Positions 20,408 through 30,841 of a stretch of 64,000 nucleotides of DNA are shown here, piece after piece. Under the pieces are notes generated by a model, which did not search any database, was not told the DNA's origin, and saw only the letters and a program-made list of their open reading frames with translations. Positions within the stretch are counted from its first letter, which is position 1. Every line of letters begins with the position of its first letter. The position numbers were made by a program, and so were the translations under genes. Origin of the DNA: Gemmatimonadales bacterium (GTDB lineage Bacteria; Gemmatimonadota; Gemmatimonadetes; Gemmatimonadales; GWC2-71-9); the NCBI GenBank assembly GCA_036006525.1, contig DASYPP010000009.1, positions 37,098 through 101,097 on the forward strand. Reading direction: 5' to 3'.

Positions 20408-20980
20408 ATGAGCGTACATCCGGTTCGCCTCCTGGGCGACCCTATTCTCCGTGCCAGCTGCGAGCCGATCACGAAACCCGGCTCAATGGCGGCCCGTGTG
20501 GTGGTCGATGACCTCAAGGAAACCCTGAGGGAATTGAAGACAGCCCAAGGATTTGGGCGGGGACTGTCCGCGCCCCAGATCGGGGCACCGGTGCGGATCG
20601 TCTATATCGAGATGGACAAGCCGTGGGTCCTGATCAATCCCGAGATTATCGACGTGGGGAACGAGGACTTCTCGGTTTGGGATGACTGCTTTTCCATCCC
20701 CGATCTGCTGGTACGGGTCTCACGGGCCTACCGGGTCCGGCTCCGCTACCAGGACGTGAAGGGCGAGCATCATACCGCAGACCTGGAAGGCGAGGTGGCC
20801 GAGCTGGTGCAGCATGAGGTCGACCATCTCGACGGAGTGCTCATTGTGGATCGCCCCCACGGCCTCGATCCGTTCTGCCTGAGGAAGGAATGGAATCGAC
20901 GCTATGCCCGGGCCGGCCGTTATGGAGCGCCAGAACCGCGGACCGCCACGTACGCGACAGCACTAAGCTCCCTGTTATAG
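20408..20980 (+). CDS. def: peptide deformylase
   Basis: GLSAPQIG, DDCFS (EGCLS-type) and HEVDHLDG motifs. GGAGGA Shine-Dalgarno 7 nt upstream of the ATG at 20408. Confidence 0.9.
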   Translation: MSVHPVRLLGDPILRASCEPITKPGSMAARVVVDDLKETLRELKTAQGFGRGLSAPQIGAPVRIVYIEMDKPWVLINPEIIDVGNEDFSVWDDCFSIPDLLVRVSRAYRVRLRYQDVKGEHHTADLEGEVAELVQHEVDHLDGVLIVDRPHGLDPFCLRKEWNRRYARAGRYGAPEPRTATYATALSSLL

Positions 20981-20989
20981 AAGCGGGCG

Positions 20990-23038
20990 CTAGAACCAGC
21001 GCCCGAGCCGGACCAGCAGGGCGTTCCGCTTCCCATCGCTGACCCCGTATTCCACGCGAATCGGACCCAGGCTGGTAGCGAGGTTGAGACCAACCCGCAC
21101 CCCGGCGACCGGGTCCCCCCTCGGCAGCAGGCGACTCGCATCACCCACGGCCCCCACCATCGGTTCGATTCTCAGGTTCACGGCGCCAATCAACGGCTGC
21201 AGGATGACCAGGCCGGCTGAAGCTTCCTGGAGGGAGCGATCCTCACCGATATGCCGACCGGCAAATCCTTCGACCTCCCCACCGAGCGGGAATCCGAGTT
21301 GGACCGGCAGCGATTCACCGACGCCGTAGTGAATCCTCGGGCGTAGCTTGAGCCGGCCCAGGGTAATCGTTGCGATGCCGGCAAGTTCAAGGCGCCGGTA
21401 CTGATCATTGGCTGCGGCATCCAGGTAGAGCAGGGCCTCGGCGGCGTTGCCGGTCTTACTCAGCTGAAATCGGCCGCCCACAGCGTGTTGGCCCCGCCGG
21501 CCTGGCGCACTCCAAACCAGTGCCTCGAGTCCTGCGACTCCTCGCCAACCGCCGTGCCATTCTCGCTCGGCGCCGACCAACCCAGCGGCCTCGTGGAGCT
21601 CGATCGATGACTGCGCCGAGCCGCTCAGAAACTGCCGAATCAACCTCCGGCCGCCGCCGATCTGGAGCATGGGGGTGACAACCTGCCCCAGAAAGGATCG
21701 CCGCCGAAAACTGACCTTTGCTTCCTGCCCCAATTCTCCGAGAAACGCGGTCGCCGACGTCTCGATGACCTCAGCTCCGCCGCCGCGGTCAACCGCGCCG
21801 AGCCAGACTTTTCCGCCAAGATCATTGTCGTACACAGCACCAATTCCCAGCACTTTTACCGGAGTACGACGAGGCGTCAGCGTGAAGGACACTGTATCTC
21901 CGGCGCCGGCCGGGTAGAGCCAGAGAGCATCATAATGGCCCAGACGTCCCAGGCCGCGAAGCCGGATTCGGAGGTCGGTCAAATCCAGCGGGGCCCCGGG
22001 AACCAGGCCGACCTTGCGAGCGACATATGCACTGTCGCCGGCGCGACGGTCGGCGAACGAGATCCGGCCCACAAAACCGGGTAGCGGAGGCAGATCAAGC
22101 GGACGGGTGGGCGGTTTGCACCCGGCAGCGCTGAGCGCGATCCCGGCCGCCTGATAGCCCTTATCGATCAACGCAGCCACGGCACCGGTGGCGAAATTGA
22201 GGCTGCGGAATCCTTCGACGTCGGGCTGAATGGCCACATCCCAATCGTTCAGCGCATCAGGTGATTGACGGAAGAGATTCCCCACCAGGAGATCGATGAC
22301 GGCGAGGGGTGACCTGAGATCGAGGGAGTCTGGGCGTCGTTCGGTGGTATTGGACACGATGAGTCGAACCGCGCCGGCCGCCCGCGCGATACCCACCGGC
22401 ACGTTGGCCGAAAGACCTCCATCACCCAGGTACCGGCCATTGATCCGCTCAGGCTCAAAAAGGAGGGGAATCGCCGCGCTGACGCGAACGGCCCGCGCCA
22501 GGTCGCCCGATCGGAAGATGACGGAAGTTCCCGAGAGAAGGTCGGTGGCGACGGCCCGGAAGGGGATGGGGAGCGAGTCGAAATTCCCCCGGGCCATGAG
22601 GTTGCCGCGCAACATCCCGGCGTTGAGCAACGCATTGACATCGGGCTCCAACACCGACGACCGCTGCACAACGAAGCCGCCGCCGGGGCGCTGTTCCCAG
22701 ACGATGATCGGCTGCAGATCACCGAGCGAGGGCGGCATCTGCGGCGAGTAGGTGCGGAAAAGCTGGCTCAGTGGCAATGAGCGGGAGAGCGAGTCGATTT
22801 GTTTTCCGGTGTAGCCGCTGGCGTACATCGCCCCGACAATGGCTCCCATGCTGGTCCCGACTACCAGGTCCGGCCTGATGCCCAGGCTGTCCAACACGCG
22901 GATTACCCCGATGTGGGCCAGGCCTTTGGCGCCACCACCCGAGAGGACCAGCGCGGTCGGTCCCGGGGGGCACGACTGTCCCGACCCGCGGGCCGGGAGA
23001 CCGATCGCCAGGAGGGCGAGCAAGGCGGTGAAACGCAT
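20990..23038 (-). CDS. patatin-like phospholipase fused to Omp85/BamA-type beta-barrel (PlpD-like, type Vd secretion architecture)
   Basis: Signal peptide from [25 protein letters not shown] oxyanion motif and GTSMGA serine lipase motif. Long beta-rich C-terminal half ending in LVRLGRWF (terminal aromatic OMP signal). Confidence 0.75.
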   Translation of the reverse strand: MRFTALLALLAIGLPARGSGQSCPPGPTALVLSGGGAKGLAHIGVIRVLDSLGIRPDLVVGTSMGAIVGAMYASGYTGKQIDSLSRSLPLSQLFRTYSPQMPPSLGDLQPIIVWEQRPGGGFVVQRSSVLEPDVNALLNAGMLRGNLMARGNFDSLPIPFRAVATDLLSGTSVIFRSGDLARAVRVSAAIPLLFEPERINGRYLGDGGLSANVPVGIARAAGAVRLIVSNTTERRPDSLDLRSPLAVIDLLVGNLFRQSPDALNDWDVAIQPDVEGFRSLNFATGAVAALIDKGYQAAGIALSAAGCKPPTRPLDLPPLPGFVGRISFADRRAGDSAYVARKVGLVPGAPLDLTDLRIRLRGLGRLGHYDALWLYPAGAGDTVSFTLTPRRTPVKVLGIGAVYDNDLGGKVWLGAVDRGGGAEVIETSATAFLGELGQEAKVSFRRRSFLGQVVTPMLQIGGGRRLIRQFLSGSAQSSIELHEAAGLVGAEREWHGGWRGVAGLEALVWSAPGRRGQHAVGGRFQLSKTGNAAEALLYLDAAANDQYRRLELAGIATITLGRLKLRPRIHYGVGESLPVQLGFPLGGEVEGFAGRHIGEDRSLQEASAGLVILQPLIGAVNLRIEPMVGAVGDASRLLPRGDPVAGVRVGLNLATSLGPIRVEYGVSDGKRNALLVRLGRWF

Positions 23039-23171
23039 CGGGGAAACATACTCGCCCCCTGCGGAGATACCCCCTTGCGCCTCATCGCACTGCTTCGTAT
23101 ACATCCCGGCAGTTGAAAACGCCCGCTTCTCAGCGGGTGGCCCCCTCCAGACCTCGAGGAGTTGCTTTCCA

Positions 23172-23435
23172 ATGGCTTATGTGATCACGGAACCCTGTAT
23201 TGGTCTGAAGGACCGGGCCTGCGTTGATGTCTGCCCGGTGGACTGCATTTATGAAGGAGAGGACCAGCTCTACATTCACCCGGACGAGTGCATCGACTGC
23301 GGAGCCTGCGAGCCGGAGTGCCCGGTGACGGCCATCTTTCCGGAAGAGGACGTACCGCCGCAGTGGACGTCGTTTACCGCACTGAACCGCGACATTTTTA
23401 ATAGCGACACTCCGCCGGGGCGTCCTAAGAAATAG
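23172..23435 (+). CDS. fdxA: ferredoxin (FdxA-like, 7Fe/2x cluster type)
   Basis: [27 protein letters not shown]...[12 protein letters not shown] cysteine pattern. 87 aa inside track ORF 22839..23435. Confidence 0.85.
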   Translation: MAYVITEPCIGLKDRACVDVCPVDCIYEGEDQLYIHPDECIDCGACEPECPVTAIFPEEDVPPQWTSFTALNRDIFNSDTPPGRPKK

Positions 23436-23468
23436 GACTCGATCCTAGATCGACCGGTACAACACATC

Positions 23469-23496
23469 GGCCTCCCAGACGGGAGGCCATTTTGTT
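23469..23496 (+). terminator. intrinsic terminator downstream of ferredoxin gene
   Basis: GGCCTCCC-AGAC-GGGAGGCC perfect 8-bp stem followed by ATTTTGTT. Confidence 0.7.
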
Positions 23497-23644
23497 CGGG
23501 GTAACAAAAAGAGAAGTCGATCACGGGGTCGTACTGCCTGGCCGCGACCCCGGATCGAATCTCAAGAGGAAGGAACCTGCATGGTGCGTTGGCGGCGGGA
23601 GGCCCGTCGCCATCACCCAGTACGGCCGGCCCGGTGCCGTGGTT

Positions 23645-24853
23645 TCACTTCACCGATACCAAGAAATCCTGTAACGCCCTGGTAAACTGTTCCGGTTGTT
23701 CCATTGTGACGAGGTGGCCAGCCTTGGGTATGACTCGCAAGGCCGCGCCCGGAATCGCGTCTCGCATCCGGGTGATGTCCGGGAGCGGAATGACCTGGTC
23801 GTGCTCTCCGGCCACCACCAGGACCGGGATGTCGCCGAGGGCTGCCAGGAGCGGGGTGCTATCGGGCCGGTCGCGCATGGCGGCAAGCGCCCCCACAATT
23901 CCGGCCACCGGGGTTCGCTCGATCATATCCCGGACCGACTGCAGGAGCCCGGCTTTGGCATAGGATTCCGGCGCCAGCAACTTGGGCAGCATCGCTTCGA
24001 CCACGGCACTGACCCCGCGCTCGCGGGCGGAGGCGGCGGCGGCGTCGCGATTCCGCCGAGTCTCGGGTGAGTCCGGCTCCGCGCGAGTCGCGACGAGGAC
24101 GAGCCCTTTGACCCTGGCGCGATAGTGTCGAACAAACTCGAATGCGACATACCCGCCCATCGACAGACCACAGAGGACGACCTGTTCCACGCCCAGGGTG
24201 TCCAGCAGTGCCGACAGGTCAGCCGCGTAGGTGGCCATGCTGTAGCCCAGGTCCGGCGCGTCGGATGCGCCGAAGCCGCGAAGATCGGGCGCGATGCGCC
24301 GGGCGCTCCGCAGGTTCTCCAGGGGATGCCGCCAGATGCTGCGATCCAGCGGATACCCGTGGACCATGAGCAGGACGCTACCCTCTCCAGCGAGTTCGAC
24401 GGCGAGGTTTACACCATTGACGGTGTAGCGCCGCGCGTTGTCCGACCCGCTCGCCCCGCGGGATTCCATGAAGCGACTGAGTGCCTCCGGAACCGGGACC
24501 GGCTGCCCATCCCGGTTGATGCAAACCAGAACGAACTCGCCGGTGGCCATGAGCGTGTCGTCGCGCAGGCGACGGGCCGTCTGCCGCATGGTAAAGCTGG
24601 TGCGACCGTGATGCAGGAGCGTCTGATTGAAGCGCAGGACGTCGCCCGGGAGGGCGGAGGCGAGATAGTCTACGACCGTCTTGCGGACCACGGGCCAGGA
24701 GCCGGTCCGGGTGAACAGGTCCATCCCCGGGCCCCGGGCGAGCATCTCCCAGCGCGCCCGTTCGAAGAGACTGAGGAACGACGCCTGGTTCAGGTGGCCA
24801 AAGGTGTCGCACTCGTCGGGATAGACGGTGAAATCAACCTCGGGGGGAGTCAT
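23645..24853 (-). CDS. fusion protein: hotdog-fold acyl-CoA thioesterase (YbgC/4HBT-like) + alpha/beta hydrolase
   Basis: The N-terminal region (VYPDECDTFGHLNQASFLSLFERARWE) is typical of 4HBT thioesterases. The C-terminal half has HGYPLD and nucleophile elbow GLSMGGYVA plus GHLVTMEQPE. Start ATG 24853 or GTG 24880. Confidence 0.75.
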   Translation of the reverse strand: MTPPEVDFTVYPDECDTFGHLNQASFLSLFERARWEMLARGPGMDLFTRTGSWPVVRKTVVDYLASALPGDVLRFNQTLLHHGRTSFTMRQTARRLRDDTLMATGEFVLVCINRDGQPVPVPEALSRFMESRGASGSDNARRYTVNGVNLAVELAGEGSVLLMVHGYPLDRSIWRHPLENLRSARRIAPDLRGFGASDAPDLGYSMATYAADLSALLDTLGVEQVVLCGLSMGGYVAFEFVRHYRARVKGLVLVATRAEPDSPETRRNRDAAAASARERGVSAVVEAMLPKLLAPESYAKAGLLQSVRDMIERTPVAGIVGALAAMRDRPDSTPLLAALGDIPVLVVAGEHDQVIPLPDITRMRDAIPGAALRVIPKAGHLVTMEQPEQFTRALQDFLVSVK

Positions 24854-24899
24854 GGGTTTCCCTTGCCCAGGGGTCTTCACAATCTAGTAGATTACCCCT

Positions 24900-26051
24900 G
24901 TGACTACCCCATCGGCTTCGCAGGACATCGAGTTCCTGCAGGACAACGACCTCGCACACCGGTTTCTGGAAGGCATCGAGCGTGAACCGCTGATCGCCGT
25001 GGATACCGAAGCGGCCAGTTTTCATCGCTATCACGACCGGGTGTACCTGTTGCAGATGAGCACCCGGGAGCGAACCGCGGTGATCGATCCTCTCGTGGTG
25101 ACCCAACTCGACACCCTGGGACTGAGGCTGGCCGATCCCGGGACCGAGGTGGTGTTCCACGACGCCGACTACGACTTGCGGATGCTGGACCGGGACTACG
25201 GTTTTCGAGCCCGGAACATTTTCGACACCCGCATCGCGGCCCAACTACTGAACGAACCCGGCATCGGGTTGGCGGCACTACTGGAGAAGTACCTGGGGAT
25301 AACACTCGACAAGCGGTTTCAGCGAGCCGATTGGTCGCGGCGCCCGCTGCTTCCCGGCATGCTCGAGTACGCCGCGATGGACACCCGGTACCTGCCGCAG
25401 CTGAGAGACATCCTGCAGGACAAGCTGGCGCAGATGGGCCGCCTGGCCTGGGCCAAGGAGGAGTTCGCCGCGCTGGAAGAGTTGCGATGGTCTCCGGGGA
25501 CGGCGGAAGAAAGTTTCTGGAAGATCAAAGGAGCCAAGCAGTTGCGGGGTCCTTCAGTGGCCATCCTTCGCGAGTTGTACCAGTGGCGGGACCAGGTCGC
25601 CCGGCAGCTGGACCGGGCCCCGTTCCGGGTCCTCAACAATGAAACCCTGATCGAGTTGGCCAACGCGCAGCCGCGAACACCAGCCGCCCTCAAGCTCGTG
25701 CGCGGCATCAGCTCCGAGGTCATGCAGCGGCGGGGGACCGACATCCTGGCGGCCGTGGAGCGGGGGCTGGCCGTTCCGGTTTCCGACATCCCCCGCCCGG
25801 AACGGGGGCTCAGGACCAGGCCGGATCCGGAATTCCTGGAACGCGTCGAGCGGCTCAAGCTGGTGCGCAACGCCGAAGCTACCAGGGTCGACCTGCCTCC
25901 GGGCGTCCTCTGCCCCAACGGCACGCTGGAAGCGGTGGCACGGCGGGAACCAAAGACAATGGAAGAGATGAGCGGGGTTGAAGAACTGCGGCAGTGGCAA
26001 TGCGAGGTGATCGGCCCGGCGCTGATCGAGGCGTTGCGCCGCCCGGCCTAG
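24900..26051 (+). CDS. rnd: ribonuclease D (3'-5' exonuclease + HRDC domain)
   Basis: DEDDy exonuclease motifs (AVDTEAAS, FHDADYDLRML, YAAMDTRYL) and a C-terminal HRDC-like segment. GTG start. Confidence 0.85.
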   Translation: MTTPSASQDIEFLQDNDLAHRFLEGIEREPLIAVDTEAASFHRYHDRVYLLQMSTRERTAVIDPLVVTQLDTLGLRLADPGTEVVFHDADYDLRMLDRDYGFRARNIFDTRIAAQLLNEPGIGLAALLEKYLGITLDKRFQRADWSRRPLLPGMLEYAAMDTRYLPQLRDILQDKLAQMGRLAWAKEEFAALEELRWSPGTAEESFWKIKGAKQLRGPSVAILRELYQWRDQVARQLDRAPFRVLNNETLIELANAQPRTPAALKLVRGISSEVMQRRGTDILAAVERGLAVPVSDIPRPERGLRTRPDPEFLERVERLKLVRNAEATRVDLPPGVLCPNGTLEAVARREPKTMEEMSGVEELRQWQCEVIGPALIEALRRPA

Positions 26052-26363
26052 TTACCCGCCGAGAAACGCGCGCACCCGGGGATCGATCTTTTCCGGGGTC
26101 CAGTACGGCTCCCACACAATTTCGACGTCTACCGATTTCACTCCTTCGAGATCCTGCAGAGTCTGGGTGACGTCAGTTACGATTTCCGGGCCAGCCGGGC
26201 ATCCCGGAGAAGTCAGAGTCATCTTGACCTTCACCTCGCCCTCGGGGTTGACGTCTACCTCGTAGACCAGCCCAAGGTCAACGATGTTCAGGTTGAGCTC
26301 GGGATCCTTCACCGCGCGCAACGCCTTCTTGAGATAATCAGGAGTAAGTGACGGGTTCAACAT
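26052..26363 (-). CDS. DUF59/SufT-like metal-sulfur cluster assembly factor
   Basis: DPELNLNIVDLGLVY and MTLTSPGCPAGPEI motifs of the DUF59 (MIP18/PaaD-like) family. ATG at 26363. Confidence 0.8.
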   Translation of the reverse strand: MLNPSLTPDYLKKALRAVKDPELNLNIVDLGLVYEVDVNPEGEVKVKMTLTSPGCPAGPEIVTDVTQTLQDLEGVKSVDVEIVWEPYWTPEKIDPRVRAFLGG

Positions 26364-27586
26364 GCCGGGCCTCGGGTGCCGATTCTCCGGAAAGATAACC
26401 CGGGATGGGCAAAGCACTGCGGCTCAATCGCGATCACGGCCTCGTCCGCCACGCGGGCACGAATCGCCCGGAGATCCCGAAGGGAGCGGTAAACGTCGGG
26501 ATTCATGCTGCGGTTGGTGAGCAGGATAACGAAGAGATCCTGTTCCGGATCGACCCAGATCTGGGTGCCGGTCCACCCGGTATGTCCATACGCTCCCTCG
26601 GAGAGCAGGGTTCCGAACAGAGTCGGCTCCTCAGCCGCCGGATCCGGCGAGTCCCATCCCAGCAGACGGGTACCCGCACCGGGCTGATGCTCCAGGAAGC
26701 GCGCCATGGTCCCGGGAGCGACGAGCTGGTTTCCATCCGGCCCGCGGCCCCCAGCCAACCACCACTCGGCAAAACGCGCCAGATCCGCCCCGGTGGCGAA
26801 GAGGCCCGCATGTCCGGCAATGCCGCCCAGGACCCGGGCATTCATATCCTGAACCGTGCCGGACACCGGGTGGCCGCGCCGCTCAAAGCTCGCGGCGATG
26901 TGGCCGCGCCAGGCGGCCGGCGGCAGAAACCGGGTTGCCCCCATACCGAGCGGAGTGAAGAGCTCATCCCGGGTGAACGTGTTGAGTGTTTTGCCGGAGA
27001 TTCGCTCTACCACCAGCCCCATCAGGATCGCGTTGATGTCGCTGTAAACGGCGGACGTCCCGGGCGCACGTTCCGGTTTTTCCTGCAGCACCAGCGCGAT
27101 CGCCCGCTTGCGGCTGGAAGCCCGGCGAAAATACGCGCCGGAGGGGCGGAGTCCGCTGGTGTGGTTCAGCAGCATGCGGATCGTGATGGCCCGTTGCTCC
27201 GGGCGACGGAATTCGGGGAGATAACGACGCACCGGCGCATCCAGGTTCAGTCGACCCCGGTCCACCAGCAGCATGGCGGCGCTCGTGGTCGCCACCACTT
27301 TGGTGAGCGACGCCAGGTCAAAGAGGGTGGAATCCGGATTGGGAACCGAAGAACTGCTGCCCGGTGCCAGGTGTCCGAACCCCCTGGAATGAAGGATCCC
27401 GGTGGAGCGACCGATGATGACCACCGCTCCCGGGTACACCCCCTGGATTACCCCACTCGCGACGGCAGAGTCAACGGTCTGAAATGAATACTCCGGGCGC
27501 CCGGGCGGGGAATCGATCGGACTCAGTGAGCCCAAGGGCATGAGAAGCCCCAGCGCAATCCAGCGCCAGAAACCAGCGATCATCAT
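26357..27586 (-). CDS. serine hydrolase (beta-lactamase/PBP-like family), secreted
   Basis: Signal peptide, SxxK motif ASLTKV and YSD motif (YSDIN). ATGA overlap with the upstream matrixin gene. Confidence 0.8.
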   Translation of the reverse strand: MMIAGFWRWIALGLLMPLGSLSPIDSPPGRPEYSFQTVDSAVASGVIQGVYPGAVVIIGRSTGILHSRGFGHLAPGSSSSVPNPDSTLFDLASLTKVVATTSAAMLLVDRGRLNLDAPVRRYLPEFRRPEQRAITIRMLLNHTSGLRPSGAYFRRASSRKRAIALVLQEKPERAPGTSAVYSDINAILMGLVVERISGKTLNTFTRDELFTPLGMGATRFLPPAAWRGHIAASFERRGHPVSGTVQDMNARVLGGIAGHAGLFATGADLARFAEWWLAGGRGPDGNQLVAPGTMARFLEHQPGAGTRLLGWDSPDPAAEEPTLFGTLLSEGAYGHTGWTGTQIWVDPEQDLFVILLTNRSMNPDVYRSLRDLRAIRARVADEAVIAIEPQCFAHPGLSFRRIGTRGPAC

Positions 27587-28371
27587 GGGGTGGGGATTTC
27601 CTTGACGGATCCAGTCGGCAACTGGTACAACATCAGGGCGGTCCGGCGATCTCTGATCGAAAGTTCGGACACGCGGGGTTCGGGGAACATCACATCCTGG
27701 GGGTTGGCCGAATGGGGCAGGCCCAGCGCGTGCCCGATCTCGTGCAGGGCGACCGCGGCGAGGGCGGCCGGCGGCAGCGCGGTCCCTCGACCGTCACTCA
27801 CCGCCAGCGTAATCGACGCATGGCGCACCCGGCCCATTTGATCCCAGGTGAGGTCGGTCTGGCCGGTGCGATCGATGCTGAAGCGGTCGATCCAGCGAAC
27901 CGTGATGTCCGCGTCGAGGGTGTCGGAGACTGCGTCGAACCTGAGTCCCGGAATCAGGTTTTCCCATACCCGGAGTGCATCGCGCACCCGGTCGGGCATC
28001 GTCGGGCTGAACCAGGAGGCGGGATTGAGCAACAGCGCCACGTGGACTGAGCGACGCTCCTCGGTGGCCCAGCGGCGAAGCACGGAATCGCTGGTGAGAA
28101 GCAGGGAGTCAAGATAGGTCTCCCGGCCCTCGTTGCTCAGGGTGCGGCGCACGGAAAGCCGGGCAAGTTGTTCCAGGGTGGTGGAGGGGGGAACCGGTGT
28201 TACCGGAGCCTCGACCGGACGGGTTCGGGCCGGAAGATCCGACCGCGCAATAGGGGCGGTGGCGACACTTTCGGGCACGGCCGCAGGGGCCGTTCCTGGC
28301 CGGTGTATCCGATCCGCCAGGATTAGCACCAGGACCAGCATGGTCAGTGCAGGAAGCAGGAAGCGTCGCAT
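27583..28371 (-). CDS. matrixin-type (M10, metzincin) zinc metalloprotease, secreted
   Basis: HEIGHALGLPH (HExxHxxGxxH) followed by a Met-turn region (DVMFP). N-terminal signal/TM MRRFLLPALTMLVLVLIL. Only the last 262 codons of track ORF 27583..29253 look genuine. Confidence 0.75.
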   Translation of the reverse strand: MRRFLLPALTMLVLVLILADRIHRPGTAPAAVPESVATAPIARSDLPARTRPVEAPVTPVPPSTTLEQLARLSVRRTLSNEGRETYLDSLLLTSDSVLRRWATEERRSVHVALLLNPASWFSPTMPDRVRDALRVWENLIPGLRFDAVSDTLDADITVRWIDRFSIDRTGQTDLTWDQMGRVRHASITLAVSDGRGTALPPAALAAVALHEIGHALGLPHSANPQDVMFPEPRVSELSIRDRRTALMLYQLPTGSVKEIPTP

Positions 28372-28561
28372 TGCCGCCGCGGAATATGATGGGAAATCAG
28401 GGCTTAGTGCCAGCGCTGGGCGCCGGAGTAACCGAATGCAATTTTCGGGCTGATCGTCTCCCGCGCCGGCCCCACGGGTTGTCATCCGCCCTGCTGCCAC
28501 TAGAATTTGGCCGTCCCGTGCCTGCCCTGCTCCTACCTCCGCCTGGCGGGAGGCCCTGAAA

Positions 28562-30841
28562 GTGTTGCGACTTCTGGCCCGCTTGCTGGTGCGCTGGCGT
28601 TGGCCCTGCGTGGCGATCTGGGCCGTGGTCGGAACCGTGGCGGTGACCCTGGCACCGCGCACCCAGCACCGGCTCAAGACCCATGGGGGCAGCGGGACCC
28701 CGACCGAAGCGTCGGCGGTGGACGACTTGCTGCGCACCCGGTTCGCCGCACCGCTGAGCGAGTACCTCGCCGTCACCCTCGAGGGCCCGGCCCAGCTGGG
28801 AGACGGCGCGGGCGGCCGGGCAGTGGACAGCCTGAGCCAGGCGCTCACTGTCCTGCCGTACGTGCGCGGAGTTCTCTCGTTCCATTCCACCGGGGACAGC
28901 ACGTTCATCGGGCGCGATGGCCACGCCACTTTCCTGATCATCGCGCTCCGGGTGCCGACCGGGGACAGCGCGGGCGGATTGGTCGCCCCGATTCGCCGGC
29001 TGGTCGGCGAAAAAGCGAAGACCCTGCCGGTACGACTCACCGCCCATGTCACCGGCCGTTCCGCGCTCGACATCGATGTCCGAACCATCAGCGGCGAGGA
29101 CAGCGTCCGGGGGGAGCTGATCTCCATGCCCCTCACGTTGACGGTCCTGATCTTCGCCTTCGGGGCGCTGGTGGCCGGGCTCCTGCCCCTGGTCATCGGC
29201 TTCCTTGCGATCAGCGTGAGCCTGACCCTGATCGGGGTGGTCGCCCGGTTCACGCCAATGTCGATCTACGTGCTGAACCTGACCACGATGATCGGGTTGG
29301 GAGTCGGCATCGACTACTCGCTGCTCATCGTCACCCGGTTTCGAGAAGAGTTGAATCGCGGACTGCCTCGCCGGAACGCAGCCATCCGGACGGTGGCCAC
29401 GGCCGGCGGTGCGGTGATCACCTCGGGCCTGACTGTCATGGTGGGATTTGCGGCGTTGCTGCTGACGCCGCTGGTCGACACTCGCAGCATCGGGATCGGC
29501 GGGCTGATCGTGGTGACCGTGGCCATGGCGCTGTCGATCACCCTGATGCCGGCCATGCTCGCGGTGCTGGGCCGTGCGATCGATGGACCGAAATGGCTGG
29601 CTCGCCGCCTGGCCTGGTATCACGCGCCGATGGTCTGGGAAAAATGGGCCCGCAGCCTGAGCCGGCACCCGATCCGGGCGCTCACCATGGGCGGCGCGGC
29701 CGTGGCCATCCTCACCTTTCCCCTGATTTTCATCCGGATTGGCCTGCCCGCCAGGAACTGGTGGACGCCAGGAACCGAGGCGGGCCAGGGCGTCGAGATC
29801 CTGAATCGGATGGGGGTATCGGGCGTCATGACCCCGGTGCGCCTGCTGGTCGAGGCACCGCCGGGAGAGCGGGTGGTGAGCGCGGCCTGGCTCCGGAAAT
29901 TGCGGGCGCTATCCGATTCGCTCAAAGCTGACCCCCGGATCCGGACGGTGCGAAGCGTGGTAGACCTCCGGGCCAAGAGCTCGATCCTGGGCTACTCGCT
30001 GCTCTACAGCGATATCGGGTCGGCCCGTTCCCAGTATCCCGAGTTCCTGGACGCGTATCTCAGCAGCGACAGCAGGATGACCCTCCTGGACATCATGCTG
30101 TCCGATTCAACGTCCCTCACCTCGGCCATGGCGGTGGTTCACCGGGCCCGGATGGTGGGTCGGGAGATCATGCCGGACAGCAGCGGCGCCAAGGTCTGGG
30201 CGGGCGGGTTTGTGGCTTCCAACCTCGACCTGCAGGAACACCTGCTCAAGCGGTTTCCGCTCATCGTGCTGCTGATCCTGCTCACCACGGCGGCGATGCT
30301 GGCGGTCTCGTTCAAGTCGGTGCTGGTGCCGATCAAGGCGATCGTAATGAACACCCTGTCGGTGGGCGCCACCTTCGGACTCATCGTCCTGGTATTTCAG
30401 TATGGCTGGGGGAGCAGCTTGCTCGGCCTGGACGGGCCGACCGAGGCGATCTATGTCCTGGTACCGGTGCTGGTGTTCGCCGTGGTCTTCGGGCTCAGCA
30501 TGGATTACGAGGTATTCCTGCTCAGCCGGATCAAGGAGGCCTTCGACAAGACCGGCAAGAACGACGAGGCCACAATGGAAGGATTGAGCGCCACGGCTCC
30601 GGTCATCACCTCCGCGGCGCTGATCATGATCCTGGTATTCGGGGTGTTCGCTTTCGCCCGGGTCCTGGCCATGCAGTTCCTGGCCTTCGGGCTGGCGGTC
30701 GCGGTGCTGCTGGACGCCACGCTGATCCGGATGGTGCTGGTGCCGGCCTTCATGCACCTGGCGGGAGAGTGGAACTGGTGGCCGGGCATCCAGCCCAGAG
30801 GAAAATCAACTACAGTCGGCCAATCCCTCGACCGTCGCTGA
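28562..30841 (+). CDS. MMPL family (RND superfamily) transporter
   Basis: 759 aa with two 6-TM bundles and duplicated MMPL motifs (GVGIDYSLLIVTRFREEL and GLSMDYEVFLLSRIKE). Confidence 0.9.
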   Translation: MLRLLARLLVRWRWPCVAIWAVVGTVAVTLAPRTQHRLKTHGGSGTPTEASAVDDLLRTRFAAPLSEYLAVTLEGPAQLGDGAGGRAVDSLSQALTVLPYVRGVLSFHSTGDSTFIGRDGHATFLIIALRVPTGDSAGGLVAPIRRLVGEKAKTLPVRLTAHVTGRSALDIDVRTISGEDSVRGELISMPLTLTVLIFAFGALVAGLLPLVIGFLAISVSLTLIGVVARFTPMSIYVLNLTTMIGLGVGIDYSLLIVTRFREELNRGLPRRNAAIRTVATAGGAVITSGLTVMVGFAALLLTPLVDTRSIGIGGLIVVTVAMALSITLMPAMLAVLGRAIDGPKWLARRLAWYHAPMVWEKWARSLSRHPIRALTMGGAAVAILTFPLIFIRIGLPARNWWTPGTEAGQGVEILNRMGVSGVMTPVRLLVEAPPGERVVSAAWLRKLRALSDSLKADPRIRTVRSVVDLRAKSSILGYSLLYSDIGSARSQYPEFLDAYLSSDSRMTLLDIMLSDSTSLTSAMAVVHRARMVGREIMPDSSGAKVWAGGFVASNLDLQEHLLKRFPLIVLLILLTTAAMLAVSFKSVLVPIKAIVMNTLSVGATFGLIVLVFQYGWGSSLLGLDGPTEAIYVLVPVLVFAVVFGLSMDYEVFLLSRIKEAFDKTGKNDEATMEGLSATAPVITSAALIMILVFGVFAFARVLAMQFLAFGLAVAVLLDATLIRMVLVPAFMHLAGEWNWWPGIQPRGKSTTVGQSLDRR

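Noticed and set aside
23524-23552. Second hairpin (GGGGTCG...CGACCCC) in the ferredoxin/thioesterase spacer, and the 60-aa ORF 23492..23674.
   Set aside because: The stem is short, with a long loop and no adjacent T-tract on either strand. The ORF has no coding signature. It may weakly terminate the minus-strand gene, but that cannot be supported.
28372-29253. N-terminal 294 codons of the 556-aa track ORF 27583..29253.
   Set aside because: Only the C-terminal 262 aa (from MRRFLLPAL at 28371) carry a signal peptide and the matrixin HExxHxxGxxH motif. The upstream part is Arg/Ser/Thr-rich and overlaps the genuine MMPL gene on the other strand.
28397-29668. 423-aa His/Arg/Gly/Asp-rich ORF on the minus strand.
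   Set aside because: It is antisense to the MMPL transporter, which has unambiguous motifs. Its composition is a mirror image of a membrane-protein coding strand.
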